Assembly: GCA_977016875.1 (NCBI GenBank)
Contig: CDRNST010000175.1
Coordinates: forward strand, 868,001 to 932,000
From: Pavona decussata
Taxonomy: Eukaryota
Direction of reading: 5' to 3'
Length of the DNA stretch: 64,000 nucleotides
The position numbers and the translations under genes are program-made. Position 1 is the stretch's first letter. The number at the start of each line of letters is the position of its first letter. The notes beneath the pieces are model-generated. The model worked only from the letters and a program-made list of their open reading frames with translations, was not told the DNA's origin and searched no databases. This document shows, piece after piece, positions 12,611 to 26,394 of the stretch.

Positions 12611-13285
12611 ACTTGTAACCCTTGAAAGACTCGAAATGTTGAACCAGAGTAAGGCTCCCATTGACGGTCTGACTGCATCAATGACTTTACTTTGAATGGT
12701 TTAGAAATCAAAACTATGATGTTATTCAATTTGAAAGGCATGCCCAATTAGAATATTAGTTAAGAATTAAACTCTGATGCATAGTTAAGAATTAATCTCG
12801 GATGCATGTTCCAGGTTGTGCGTTCACTTTGAATCCCATAAGAACAAAAAGTTTGACCATGATAACAACGTAAACAATGTCAAGTCACCTTGGCACGGTA
12901 CTGGAAACAAATGCATGTGGTGTTACTTGCACATCACACGAAAACATAAATAAACTCTCCACCAGTGCGTATTGCTGTTTAATAGCTGGCCAAGCAAATT
13001 TAGTGGCAAGCAAAGTGAAAAATGGTGTTTTGAAGTATGGGGGGCTTGTTCGGTATGAAGTGAAAACAAGATCTCTAGACTGTACATAAATGCAAGGCAG
13101 TGTCAACTATTGTCCCCAAGATATCAGACAAGATTCAGTGAGAAGTCAGCGTTTTATTGAACATTATTAACATTTAATCATTCAACAAATTTTATGGCTT
13201 TGATTTTTATTAACAAAAAATGGTTGCCTTTTTTCACTTGTGTTGCATTTCATTCAATTACTCGTCCCTCGCAAACTGTTTACAG

Positions 13286-14520
13286 CAAACCTCCGCGCCG
13301 CCGATGTGAGCTAGAAAGCGAGGAATGGTGAGTGCCTAGAGGCCTAACATGCATTTTTCGCCTCCGACATTGGCATTTTATCCGTTAATTTTATCAAGCT
13401 TGAACGTGTTTGCAATGATTTTTTCCAACATCTTTAATAAATGTAATTTATCCAACTAACAGTGGGTGTTGAATTTTGTTGGTTACGTGATATGCTTTGC
13501 TAATCGCGCAAAGTAATATGTCAACATGAAATATCATAACCTTGGGGTCGTTCAAGTTCTACGGGCAAACGCTAGGACGTATGCCTGAATTTATCCTTGT
13601 AATACAATTTGTAAGTCATTTCTCTTAGAAGAGGGAAATGAAATTGACTTGATTGTATTTCGTGTGATGTAAGCAATACATGAGTTCTTGTACAATTGTC
13701 ACCCACGTTTCTGTTCGGCTTCACAAATTGTGTAATTTAATTTCCTTGCCTTTCACAAAATGCTTTCATTAAAGTATTTCCCAGCTATTGTGCTAACCCT
13801 TTTAAGTGGTTGTGTTCTGCTAACATGATCGTCATTTTCAAGCTGGAATAAAAGCATTAGTTTGCTTCTTCAAAAATTCCTTTTGTACTAACTACCCTGT
13901 AATGTGATGACTTCCTTTGTTTAGCATACCAAATAAGCGCATAAATGAAATATTAACCTGGTTAACGAAGCCAAAGAATTGTTTCTTTTCTTTCGCTTTT
14001 TGTTGGAAGCTGTTTGGCAACCCAGTCTAAAGCTAGGGAAATAGTTCTCACTAGCCCTTCATAATTTTTTAGATAGTGATTATCATTGTTTACAAGGTGC
14101 CTGTGTGGGAACTGCCAGCAGATGTGGAGAGAGGGAGAGAACATCTGTTGCAGAGAAATCGATGCTGTGTCACGTAAAAACGTAGAGGCTGTTGAGGTAG
14201 AGCAGCTAGAAGAGCCCCCACATTGCATAGTACATCACCCTGGGTTCCATGCGGTCTGCCTTAATTACTGGGTATTGCAGGCTGCATGGCTGCAATATAA
14301 GCAGCAATATGGCACCTCGGCCTATGAGGGACCTGACCATAAAAAGCGTAGGCATGTAGCCTACAGGCAGTTAGTTAGGTGGTGTTGGGGAGCTCTAGGA
14401 AAGGAAATCAGAGTTCCTTTACCTTCTTGTGCAGTAAACTGTATCAGAGCACATTTCCAAGAGCCAGGAAGGTCAGAAGATGACATGGTCTTTGCAGGAT
14501 TTCAATATGCAGATGAATAG
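13286..14520 (+). CDS. KolX protein (P2X7 ballast-like Cys-rich domain); exons 13286-13327 and 14097-14520, upstream exon missing
   Basis: Splice TG|gt...ag|G restores EW-CLCGNC. Motifs ENICCRE, HPGFHAVCLN, RHVAYRQLVRWCWGALGKEIRVPLPSCAV. Confidence 0.85.
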
Positions 14521-15056
14521 CCTTGCCTAAAGTCCATATCCTTTTTTCTATGATAATGAAATGAGTGGAATTGGGTGATGTAAAAAATATACATTGTATT
14601 TGGAATGGCTGCCAACTGGACAGCTTGAGTTTGCTATGTACGGTATGATTGATTTTGTGACATGTAAATTATTGCACTTACATTCAAAGTAGTTTAGCTA
14701 AATGCCTTTCTTTTTTTCAAAACAAACAAGGTGTCACATTGGGATTGATGGGTGTGAGAGTGCGTTTCAGGTTGAAAACGTTTGATTTCAAGGACTGTGT
14801 TTGTGTCATTTCTTTCTACAGCATTTAGATATATATAGTTCCAAAATTTTCGCTTGACTTAAAGCCAATTTGAAAACAAAATGCTGGATATATATTATGA
14901 TAATAAATGGTGAATATTATTAAATGTCTTTTGTGCCTTTGTGATAGATTGTTCGGCCAATCATCAAACCAATCAAATTGTTAATTAGTTCATCACATCT
15001 TATCGATATATATTACACATCAAAAGAAATTGACATCTGTTGAAGCCAGTTTTCGT

Positions 15057-18000
15057 CTAGTTTACAAGACTAGATCGGTTGTATCTGCTGACAAAACTCC
15101 TCACTGCTTCTTCACTGTCAGGCCTGTGTGCTGTTGCAGTTAGGGGTGGTGGTGTGTTGATTTGCAGATTACACATGTATTCCTTCAGTGCCTTTGAGTT
15201 TTCCTCATAGGAAGCAAACAGTCTTGTAATGGCATTGGAGCAGTACCCTATGAAATGATAGGATCTTTTAGTTATCAACCATTTTGTAGCTTATATGAGG
15301 CGATGTCTCATGTATATGTTGTTGTGGTTTGTGGTGGGTTTTCTTTTTACCCATGGTCAAGTTTTTTGTGGCAATTTTATGATGAGAACAATGAAACAAT
15401 GGGAAAGCACACTTGGCGACTCGATGAAGTACAATATATACAGTGGTCTATTAGATACGATTTTGAAAGTAGAATTCCATATTGGGAACTTCCAGCTTAC
15501 CATAGGTTGCTTTAGTTTTAATTTCTCAAACTGCATGCCCTCCTTGTTTAGCTTTGGGAAACCGGATTGAGTAGTATGGCCCTCCATCAACTGTCACTGC
15601 TTGCATGCTATCCGCATTTTCATTGTAGTGTAGTGCAGAAAGGCACAATCTATTTAAAAATAAAAGCGTGTGTAGAGAATTATATTAAAATATTAAATTT
15701 GTTTAAAATTCAAACCAAGATAAGAGTCGACAAATGCGTTGCAGTTGATATAGATTACAACCTTGTGTACATTCCCCAGTACGAGAACGCAGTATGCTTA
15801 GGAACAAACTGTATATCCAGGCTATGTTTCGCTTCGAGGGTAGAGGTCTGGTACTTTGGAGATAGTTTAGCTACATCTTTTAGCAGATGAGGCTTGAGTA
15901 ACAATTCCTCAAGTTTTACAGCAGCGGTAGAGCATGTGAATTGAAACATTACTTATTAATACACCGGAACCATTACTGTTCTCGTTTGTTTATTTCTTTA
16001 TTTTTGGTTCTTATTTTTTAAGTTTGTTTTCTTGATGTTGTATGGATATACCAGACTAATGTGCACACTACCTTCTACAACATGTGCTGTACTTGTTGTA
16101 TCTGTTTCTTCAAATGCTGCAGAAAGAACGTGGAAAGATCCTATGTTTATTAATTTTAACAACAGTACTGTAAGTGACATACGAGGCTAAAGCCAAAGTC
16201 TATCCCTGGCCTCCCCTTCTAGCTCTCCATGCCCACATTCAGAGTATACATCACTGTTGGGGTTATTGTGAATGTTTTGGACGTGGAGAGGTAGCATTTT
16301 CCACTATTCCTGCATCAATTTTCCATTGCCATCTGGAGTTGATGCCGCACACCAGTACATGTGATTCGAGATAGACTGGCGCCACTGACCAACGTCTTCG
16401 CATTCTTTCTTTTTGGCAAGCTTGTCAATCTTTTTTACTCAAACCTGTTTGAGTAAAACACGAACTAAAAATGACAACGAGTCGAGGAAAATAGATGCGA
16501 CTAACATAACATAAGAGTAAGCGTAATACGTGGTAGCAGTGCCTGCATCCCCCCCCCCGATTCCTTTACACGTAAGAGAATTGTTCCTTTACCTTTAGAT
16601 ACATGCCAAATGTCGCAGTAGTGGCAAGTGTCCAGCAAATTTCTTCGAATCCATGCTTCATTTTGTTTATGCCTGTCTGTAATGATTTGGGCAATGTTCG
16701 ACCCAGCATTGTTGATTAGTCCAACCGCTCGCACCAACCCTTCATGTTCCATCCAGGCGGTATTTCTGGCTTCATTGCTCTACAAAGAATAAAAAAAATG
16801 TTGTAGTGGTTTACAGAACCGTAAAAACAGAAAAGTTACTTGGGATGTTGTCGAAATTTGTTGTACTGGTTAAAAAAAATTGTCACAGGGCTGCCGGTAA
16901 CAATATGAGGGACGATATCAGAAAAATACGGTTGATCTACTTCAAGTACGTGATAACACTTTGGGTCTGTTAGTGGCAAAGTTTTAAAGACAGATGAAAT
17001 TTACACAATCACAGGCTTTGATAATGGATGCCCACGGAGGGCATATTTGCTCATTATTTTATGGCAGTGCCCACAATAATTGCCTTGGAAGTTCAAAGCA
17101 AGAAATAACTCATACCGTTTCCAAGGGGGGACTGTGCTAACCTGGACTAGTTGAGAGTCGTCCACCCTGTTAATCTCCTCTTCAATAAAAGTAAACGAAC
17201 CAAATTTGGCGCAGTACCCAGGGGAGTCGCATCTGCCATGGCCAGCCAACACCAACCCACGTTCACTTTCACTTAGTCTTTCTAGGAGACTCTGCTGATT
17301 TGCTCTCCACTGTTGTATTATGACAGGATTGACATCCGAGCTCGTGTGCCGGTAGAATGTGCGCTCTGAGATGCTGGCAACATTCATGATTTTAAGCATT
17401 CTCAAAGTCTTAGCTGCACTCGATCCTGTAAGTAAAGTAAAAGTCAATTTAGACAATCACATGTGAACGAACCCTTGCCAAGTTTCTCTACTAACCACAC
17501 CCCACTTACAGGTTTGCATCGTTAAGAACTTCACCCCTAAAGGTGTAGCTGTCGTCATCAGATGTTGTAGTTTATTTATCTTTTCTTGTTTATTTGAGGG
17601 GTTTTTTTACTTTCATTTCTTACTATTCTGCTGGTTGATTGGGTTGCTTTATCCATATTTCGTTTGGGTAAAGTTTTGTAATTTTCTACAGCTACGCTCA
17701 CTAACCTGAGAGCAGAATAGAAGACAACAATAACAAGTTTCCCACAGGCATCTTTCCTTTGACAAGTGGTTGGCTGCACCACACATTGGTGTACTTGCAG
17801 TTTTCTTCCGTGCACCAGTAGAGAATTTTTACCAATGAACCGATTTCCTTTAGAACTCGCGCCTCAGCAGAACCAGCACAAATGGGGCAAGAGGCAAACA
17901 AGCTGAGAAGGTTTGTCTCAAAAACAATAAATTTCCTCTCCTTGTGGGGCTTCACATTTTCTTTACTATCTGACGACCTAAATGTATAAAGATTGTTATT

Positions 18001-19416
18001 AGCGTACCAGTAACTGAGTTGTTAAAAGAGAAAATGCAATGAGGTAATTTGTCAGAAATTGCACGACCCATAGTTTTGACACTTAACAAAGAGTAATGTA
18101 TTAGATGCGAGGCTGTTATTTAACGTCAGACAATACAGCCTGCAGGAGCCGCAATTTTAAATTGTTGAAATGTCGAAAGAAAATTTAAACGACGGACACT
18201 ACAACATTTCTCTTACCTTACAGTTGTTGTGACCTCTTTGTCATCCTCATCTTCCTCTGACTCAAGGGATGGGTTGTAGTCTCCATCATCAACAGCTAAG
18301 TCTTCGAAAGGTTCTACATCATTACCTTGAAGGAGTCTATCCTCTGGTGTTTCATCTGGTGCGTTCTCATCCAGATCTTTCTTCAGCAATTTCAAAGGAG
18401 CAAGATTCGCAATGTTGCACTGAGAACCATTGTCCACTAGAATCTTTTTCTTTGTGGATATTTGCGTACCTGGGGTGATGAATTGATGACAAAGTCAATT
18501 AATACCGGATTAGTTAACAAGATAATATATAAAGTATATCCGGTGCTGTGTAAGTTAGTGTTTATAAATACCTTTACTGCAACAAATTGGGCGTCGGAGT
18601 CCTTTCTGGGTGCCTTTGTTTCTTTTGTTTGCCTTTAAACTGGATTCAACACTTGGAGGTGTGGAAGCTTCATCCTCGACCATTACAGGTAGCACTTCCA
18701 GGGGGTCATTTTCCATGTTAATGTAGCCTGCACTTTTAGATGGCTTTTCCTGAGTATTAACCATTCGCTTGTCATGCATCCCCTCGAACTCGGCAACGAG
18801 CTGTCATCAAAATAGATCGCGATGCATGATTAATAGCAGCCGAAGTGAAGATAAAATCACAAATCAAGAATATTCCATGGCGTATTGAATTGTAGTTGAA
18901 GTTTCGCTTAATTATTTGGCTATTTGGAACTCACCCGATGTGCAGTTAACTTGGAAAGGGCCCGGCTGGGTCTTTTCCGTGTCTTGTAGGTTTGCAGATC
19001 GTCAGGCTTATTTTTTCATCCAGTTTAGTTTCCATGGGAGGAAGTTTTCTGTTCAGCCGACGGGCATCCTCAAGCTGTTCAGGTGTGGGATTAACCTGAA
19101 TCGCTGGCACAGCTGTTTTCTTCAGGGGCAGTTTCGAAACAAATCCGGCCAATTTCGCCCCCATTCCCTCAAAGCAGTCTGGAGAAAAATGATTACTGCA
19201 AATATGCCCAGAACCTGGCTTCCAGTCATTGTCTCTTTTTCTAAGCACGAACTGAATCCATTGTCTTCGCAGTGGATCATGTCTCGGAAATTGGTGAAGA
19301 CTAACGTCGTCTGCGTTGGTATTATTACAAAACATTACGGCACAACGCTTGCCAGGCTCTCTTTTTTTCTTTTTGCCCTTTGGAATAGCGGCCAAATTTT
19401 TATTTTCCTCATCCAT
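15057..19416 (-). pseudogene. Multi-exon Kolobok transposase with N-terminal THAP domain; inactive
   Basis: THAP: CAVMFC...LHQFP...W...ICSNHF...AVP. Core: LAGHGRCDSPGYCAKFG, ITDRH, HYCDIWH, QTSTLEAKHS...VPK, ALHYNEN. In-frame stops near 16187 and 15525; first catalytic Asp appears as His. Confidence 0.85.
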
Positions 19417-20369
19417 TACGCTGCCTATCCACATGCGCCAAGGTAAGTACAGGTAAATTCTATTGAAATCTGTCTAGCGGGATAAACAACTTCACACCGA
19501 CATCTCGAATGACATTTACGCATGTATGAAATCTCACTAGTTCATTACACGCAAATTGGTTCACAGAACGTTAGTCAAAATTGTATTTGCTCAATATATT
19601 TTTCAGTTTACTTCCTTACACAGAAATTTGAATTTTCTTTTTCCCTTATTGCTGGAGAACATAAGCAGTATTTAAAGGGCTCGATAAGTGATGGGAAAAG
19701 ATACCGCAAAGGTTGCGCTAGCCGGCCGCTTGAAGTCTGTTCTTCGAAACACAGACAAACCAGTAAAAAATTGATTTCTACTCGTGAATTACAAAACAAT
19801 AAGGAATAAACTAAACTCGCTTACATTTTAAAGCCTTTTTATTTGCAAACTTCCCAGCTTCCAATATGACACAATATGACACATCATATGCCTTAATAGA
19901 ATTACAACAAAAGTGACTGATCTCAACAGCGCGATCTGAAGGGATCCTTTCAGTTGACGGACGCAAAGAATGTAACAATATAGTAAATTTTCACAACTTT
20001 AGAATCTGTAGTTTAACATTCTTGCATGTTTATTTTATTCCTATTTTATTTAAGACATCTGGCTACTCACGCTGTAACATTGATTTGTTTCGTGAGAGAT
20101 CGAAGCCTACTTAGTTATCAGAGCTGATTGTTTGTGTCTTACACACCTGTGACGTAAAGAGATTGCGTGACCTTAAAACCAAATGTTTTCAAAATGGCGG
20201 CCAAATGAGCGCGGAAAAAAATTCCTATTTAATTTACTTTGGCCGATACAGTTAAACATTTAACGGAGAATGAGTCTTTATGCTAAGAAGAAATCATAGG
20301 AATGATAAAAAAATGTACAAATTTTCCCGTCAATTGCCCTTTAACATTATTCTAGGTGTGTATTTAAAT

Positions 20370-21100
20370 TGTCGGAAACGAGACAAATAGAAGTCTGCTT
20401 GAATGAATATCGGATGTATCAACCGTTAAGTCCACAAAGATTTCTTCTCTACAATTTGCTTCTAGATTGCACGATCTTCTTTCTTCAATCAACTACAGTG
20501 TTCATGAAACCTAACCTATATTATTGTAAGATGATTGACATTTGGTATTACGCCAACGAGAATCAATTAAGAAATACATCTTATCTCGGATTACTTCGTG
20601 ACTGTCGCTTAAACATTCCGGAAATCCTAAGCTAATTATTTGTAAATCAACGTTGCTATCAACTTGAATGTAATAAAGTGAAAAGATAAAGTATACTATG
20701 AAAATATGTAAACACTATTTTCGCACAGTTCCCAACACCCTCCCCTGTTTGTTTTCAAAGAAAAGACACACTGGAATTGTGCGGAAATAAACGATTTCAA
20801 CTTCCTACAAATTATTCGCAATCAATGTTCTCAACGGGTAGTTCAGTGTTTGAAATTCTACAGTTTTCCTTTGAGGCTTTGTCTAGTCCGTATCTAACGC
20901 AATGTTCTTGATCCTGAAGTTTGCAGCCACCGCAGCATCTCTTTGAGGCCTGAATGCTGGGGCTTCTGGATTAAGTGTCACTGATCTCTCCGTCGTTTCT
21001 CTGTCGTAGGATAGCTCTAAGGGATAGAGCTGCTGCATCCCTCTCTCGAGAGTTGACTTCCCGGCTCGCAACTTGGCGACTCTTACGATTCCGTCACTTT
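20370..21100 (-). mobile_element. BEL/Pao retrotransposon 3' end: LTR 20370-20737, polypurine tract, end of pol ORF
   Basis: TG...CA bounded segment preceded on minus by AGGGGAGGG (20738-20746). ORF VRVAKLRAGKSTLERGMQQLYPLEL. Confidence 0.8.
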
Positions 21101-21107
21101 CTGCAAT

Positions 21108-21372
21108 TAGATCCTCTACAAAAGTCCAGTAAACATTCTATTGTATTGTATGTTATGAACCACTTGAATGGTTCCCATCAATCCCTCTGGGTGGGTCGGT
21201 TCTCCTTGGTAGGCTATCCAATCAGTTGTGGCAAATGGATTGAAGTGTTCTTGTTTTCGTCCAATTTGCATTACGCAAACTGTAAAATTTTTGTGTTGAA
21301 AATTTCCGTCCTTGAAGTAACAGTGTCGTGCCCTGTGATGGTTTCTTTGAGTTTCATGTGATTGACAGCGTT
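21108..21372. repeat. Orphan partial copy of the 27.7-32.9 kb satellite unit
   Basis: atgaaccacttgaatggttcccatcaatccctct...gtgattgacagcgtt is near-identical to 27713-27930. Confidence 0.9.
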
Positions 21373-23687
21373 GCCCCCGCTGGGTCTTTGCCCAGAGGCC
21401 AAAATGCGAGGAGGCACCTTAGGATTCCCTGCGTTTATACATATAAGGAATTTCAAAGGAGTAAACGGTGCAGCAAAGCCAAGAGGATCATAAATGGAGG
21501 ACACGGTCGATAGTATTCCTCTTCTTGTTAGTGGCTTCGAGAGCACGTTGGACTGGCAGGTCATCGTAGTTGAGGTCCAGCGTTTTCACGTCTTTTGAAT
21601 GCTCTTCTTCCGGAATTGACTCAAGGACACTTCTATGGTTGCTGATAAACTTTGTGAGCCACGCATCTGTTTGTAACTTTCGTTGCTTTCTCCTCAGAAG
21701 CTTGCCTTTGGTTAGTATCTTCCCCTTTGGCCACTGTGAAGCCTTCTAGATGAAGCAAAGTAGGGTGAGGCTTGTTACATCTCTTACAAACTCTCTTCTT
21801 CCTCCAACTTAATGGGTGGTCATTATCGCCGCAGCAAGTGAAGGAATGTCCTCCTTTCGTTCACTGTTTTCTTCTGGAAGGCTTTGCATTCATCTAAATC
21901 GTGTGACCTTTCACGCAAATGGCATCTTTGGCTATTGACGTTTTGGCGGGAAAACCCGGCCCCGTGTGAAGAGGGGGGCTTGGCAGCCGTACTCAGGTTG
22001 GTGGCAAAACTGTAGCTTTTCAGTTTGGATGGCAGGAACTTCTTATTGTCCTCTGTGATGCCGCTAGATCGTAGCTTAGTTTTGATGAGCGCGTCTTTGC
22101 CATAAACAGATTCGTTTGCCGTTTCAGCTGCATATTCTACAAATTCCACCAAGTCACCAAAGCCTGCAACAGTGTTGTCCTTACCCCTAGTTCTGACTAC
22201 GGTTTCACGCCACTTGGTTTGCAGATTGGTGGGAAGCTTTAGAACTATGGCTTGCAAGTTTGGTGCGTGATCCAACACTGCCAAGTGTGCGATGGTCTTC
22301 ATATCTTTATGGCATTTAGTTAAGAAGATCGAGAAACGTTTTAGTACAGGGCTATCGTCATACTTGAGGACTGGCTAACCTAAAAGCTTCTGCAAGTAGG
22401 CTGTGGAGACCTTGTACACATTGCCGTACTCCTTTTCAAGTAGACTTTGGGCTGCTTGATGACCTTCGTCAGGCGCAATGTAAAGGCACCCGCTGATCAG
22501 TTCCTTGGGTTCGCCTATCAGGTGCTGGTCGAGGTAATAGAGCCTGTCTGCGCTGCTTATTACTTTTGACTGAACGTGGGCGTCAAAGGCCACGATAAAC
22601 GTTTTGTAGTCCATGGGGTTGCCCTTGAACTTCGGTACCTCAGGCTGAGGAAGAGTCATTGCTGTGACGAGCTGGTGTTGCAAGGATACCATCCGTTGTA
22701 TCTGCTCTTGCTGCATCTTTAAGACTTCTTTTAGAACTTCTTTGTCACATACGTCACGCCGTTCGGTTTTAATTTTGGAGAAAGGGGCAAAAACTCTGGA
22801 GCTTGAGGGTCTCATGGGGACAGCTGCTGATAGTTTTCACTCTCTGCCTTGAAGTTATCTACGCCACGGTCTTCGTGGCATGGAAGAAACAGTAAGGACA
22901 ACCTTTCACGTTTTGGTTCTGGTAACATTACCTGTGACAGAGATGGCGTTACATGTTGCTCCGACAACGGCGTTACATCGTGTGGCGGAGTTGGTAGTGT
23001 TACCGGGAGAGTAGGTGGTAAAGTTTTGGCACGGTTTTCGTTAAGGTTCCTATCATCGTCTTGTTCTATTTCAGCCAGAACACGTTCCCTCACTCGCGCT
23101 TTAGCAATCTTAAGGTCAAGACGATATTCTTCCTCGGCAACCTTGAGTTCAAGCCTCTGTTTTAGCATAGAGCGTTCTGCGATTAATTCAGCAACTTTGG
23201 CCTTTTCTTTTGCTCCCAACGAATTGTTTGAGATTCTGGAGGAGCGTGACTTGTTTGAATGATGACCGGACAGGTTATCAAATTGATCGCTGAGGCGTTC
23301 TTCACACGCGGTAATCCAATTAACTACCATATTGCAGTACTCGAAAATGTCACTTTCTTTAAACCCAAAATGCGCCAACGCTTCTTCTTTGTGTTCCAGA
23401 GATGACAGCGCATAAAGGTACTCGTTTTGACAATCTTCAAAGTGTTGACATAATCAGTCAAGTTCCGTTAACTGATACTTCACGACCTCCAGATTGTTTT
23501 CATTGTTCATAAGTTTAGACATGTCAGTTCTTTTGCGGGTAACCGCCGATAAAGCGTTTGTTCGTTTTTGTTTTAGTCGGCGAACGTTTGAGGAAAAGCT
23601 AAGTAACTACAAAGGACTATAGATAGAATAATTGAAAGCATTGTTTCGTTGCTTGTATGTGGGCAAAGATATCCGTTGGTTTGACCA
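21373..23687 (-). mobile_element. BEL/Pao internal region (PBS, gag, deleted pol)
   Basis: PBS-like TGGTCAAACCAACGGAT at 23687-23671. Gag LPQPEVPKFKGNPMDY...RLYYLDQHLIGEPKELI, KLPTNLQTKW, zinc-knuckle relics. Pol LTRRGILSTVSSIYDPLGFAAPF. Confidence 0.85.
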
Positions 23688-24677
23688 CAGAAACTTAAAC
23701 TTAATGACAACAATGAAACTCTAAAGTCTAGAAAGGAAATACAAAAACCATGAAGAATAATTTGGCAGCAACAACCTTCATTGTAAAATAAGATAAACCA
23801 CGGCTTTTTACACTCCTTACTTAGTACAACATTTAGTGAATTTCTCAAAACATTGCCTTTTAGGACAATTAACTAATTGTTCTAATGTTTTTTGGCGTGT
23901 GGAGAAAAATGTTCCACACACCATTATAATTATGCTTAACAGATTAGCTCCATATTTACTTGGGAATCATTTTCTGAGTGGTTAGGCTTTGGTGAGATGG
24001 GCAGTGACTGAAAAAGTGAGACTTTTGCTCTTATGTGTGGCGTTTGGTAATCTTTAAGATGTCTTTAGCGTTTCACTTGTGGCAGACGCAAAGGGGAAAC
24101 AGTAACCTGAGATGGACTTCCCTCTGCAACAGATCTCTTCATCTCCAAATTTTCAGCCAGAGAATCCTTTTCAGCAGACCTAGGCTTATAGATGTTGGTG
24201 ACCTCCATTTTTCCACAATAACCCTCACTAGTGAATAACATGCTCGTCATGTTTCAGTCAAAACAGTACCAATGTCCTCCTCTAGTAAGTGTTTCCATAC
24301 TTGTAAACAGCTTCAACAATACCTTCTTCTATTGCTATTTCGTTAAAGCTGACTGATATGATGATTTTTTCCTAAAATTATTTCTTGCAGCAGCGACAGT
24401 AATCAGGTTACGCTGCTTGCATTTTGCTGTGTTTTACCGTGGTACGATGGTAGTGGCAAAAATCCCATGCTAAAATGGCTGATTTTAAGTTGGTTAGAAA
24501 CTGTCACAATTCAAAATTCGTCTTTGAGATATTTGTTTTTCTTATTTTTTTGGTGTGCTTTAAGTTAAGGGTAAAAAGAGGTGATAAAAAAGATAAAAAA
24601 ACCCAAACACACACACAAATTACAAAACCCGAGTTTGACATTTCAAATCTTTTTTCCCAAAACAAGGAAGTTGGTTG

Positions 24678-25350
24678 CAGGGTTTCCGGTTTGGTTAACT
24701 TCTGCAAAGGACTAACGTACTTCTGTTGGACCTCCCATTGTTATGCAGACAACCAATCAAAACAATTATCTTTTCCCATTATCTTAAAGTCTCTCCTGGT
24801 GACCCCCTGGGTAGGGGATTACGTAGACATTGAAAAACATGAAAACAATTTTCTTATGCAAATGGCCTATTTACAACTAATCTTACTCTTATAAAATGGC
24901 CCTTGAGGTTCTTTTGATGACACACTCCATGTGGCCACAGCTGCCTGCAACTGGATCAAACTTGCTCAGCGGAGGCCCTTCTGCTAAAATGCAGATCAAA
25001 TCGTCAGTGATTTGTGTCACAAGGAAACATGGTGACAGTTCTTGATTTGGTTCTGTGTTAACATTTCTTGCTCACATTATGTAGCGAAGGAGACACATGC
25101 GGAGAAGAATCTTGATCAAGAACAGGACATTCTTCAAGTCAACCTACAGGGAGCCTTTGTCAAATTGAACAAAGGTTGCTGTAAGCTTTATACAGTAACT
25201 TCGAGTGGACCAGAACTTTCATGGAGAGCCTTTTGTTGTTGTAAGCTTTATCCATGAACTGTGAGGACCCAGGACTTTCACAAAGCGCTTCTTTAATGGA
25301 ATAACAACAACAATCCACCTCCCAGTTTTCTCAACGAACTTAGGCTTACC
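24678..25350 (-). mobile_element. hAT (ZNF862-like) transposase C-terminal dimerisation-domain relic and probable terminus
   Basis: Across frames LKNVLFLIKILL, CEQ..TQNQIK, DDLICILAEGPPLSKFDP. cagggtttccg at 24678 is a typical hAT end. Confidence 0.55.
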
Positions 25351-25354
25351 TTTG

Positions 25355-26225
25355 CTCCTCGATAAGCCACTCAATCAATGGTCACAAGTGGATTCAAGTT
25401 CTCTTCTTTCCTTCCAGTTTGCATTAGACAAACTGAAAAATTTTTTTGGGCTTGATTTTTTCACTCCATGAAGTTCACAGAGTCTTTTAGTCTCATGTGA
25501 TTGACAGCAGCTAAACATGAAACCGATCGTTGACTTTTAATGATAAAATTGGATAACATTAGTTACAAAGAATCATGTGATGATGTAGTTGTTAAAAAGA
25601 ATTACCTCTCTGTGAAGAGAATTGTATTTGAAAACGTTTGTCAGTTACACCAAGTGAGGAGGAGAGCCTATTGTGTCACTTGGTTAACATCTTGTTGCAA
25701 GAATTTGATCATGCTTCCACTTTTTGTTGTCAATTCTCAAACATTACGCCCATAACAAAGTTTTGTTGCAGTTACTTATCAGGGGGAGACAAAAAGATCC
25801 AGAATGTCAACAAAATTGAATAACATGACAGAATTTTACTTTTTCCTTACTGTTAAAGATTGTTACCAAGTGTTGGCATTTTCCAGGTGTGATTTTAGCA
25901 ATGCTTAATACATGAGTTAAAGATTGTAGTGCTAAATGAAAGTAAACGCATACTTTTTTCAGCCTCTCCCCCACCCCGTTCAAGTACACCATAGAACGAT
26001 GCAAAGTAATTTAGTGTTTCTGTCTTCTAGTGTGCTTTTAAGGCTTACTGGTTGTATATGTAGTCTACTTAAAACTCGGTATTAATTCGCAACTCTTAGG
26101 GTAGTTTCCTTTGATCAGCTTTGATCAGACTGGTTATATCTTTTATACGAATCAGTCATGGATTGTTTATCATGCCTCAGTGGATGCGCTGAAGTTAATC
26201 CCGACAGCACTGCTACATTGTGCAT
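25355..26225 (-). repeat. Diverged paralogue of the satellite unit (decayed coding sequence)
   Basis: Collinear with the array unit: AVLSGLTSAHPLRHDK..RYNQ, KFLQQDVNQV, ILFTER, VCLMQTGRKEENLNP, ending at a gtaag donor. Confidence 0.7.
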
Positions 26226-26394
26226 AGAAGTTACTAACAAAAAATAATTTCGCCAAAAATATGCAAAAAATTTAAAATATGCATTTTTCAAATTCCAGTC
26301 GTGGGCATGGTCATTTGGTGTGGTCACTTCCGCCGGAAGGGTGTGATTATTTCCGGGAAGCGATGTTATGATGATTGACAGGTCACGTGGTTTA

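Larger units (their letters stand above)
13286..20340 (-). mobile_element. Kolobok DNA transposon, one end intact, other end not found
   Basis: Convergent transposase (-) and KolX (+) genes. Terminus ...caattgccct is followed by TTAA (20341-20344). No matching inverted repeat was seen near 13 kb. Confidence 0.85.

Noticed and set aside
13080-13140. Left terminus of the Kolobok element
   Set aside because: aaggcagtgtcaac matches the right end only weakly and lacks TTAA.
14086-14520. Host P2RX7 purinoceptor gene
   Set aside because: Only the ballast-like domain is present, with no channel exons, and it lies tail to tail with a Kolobok transposase.
18916-19446. Long plus-strand ORFs such as 18916-19446, 22849-23262 and 26499-26963
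   Set aside because: They are antisense shadows of minus-strand coding relics with no motifs of their own.
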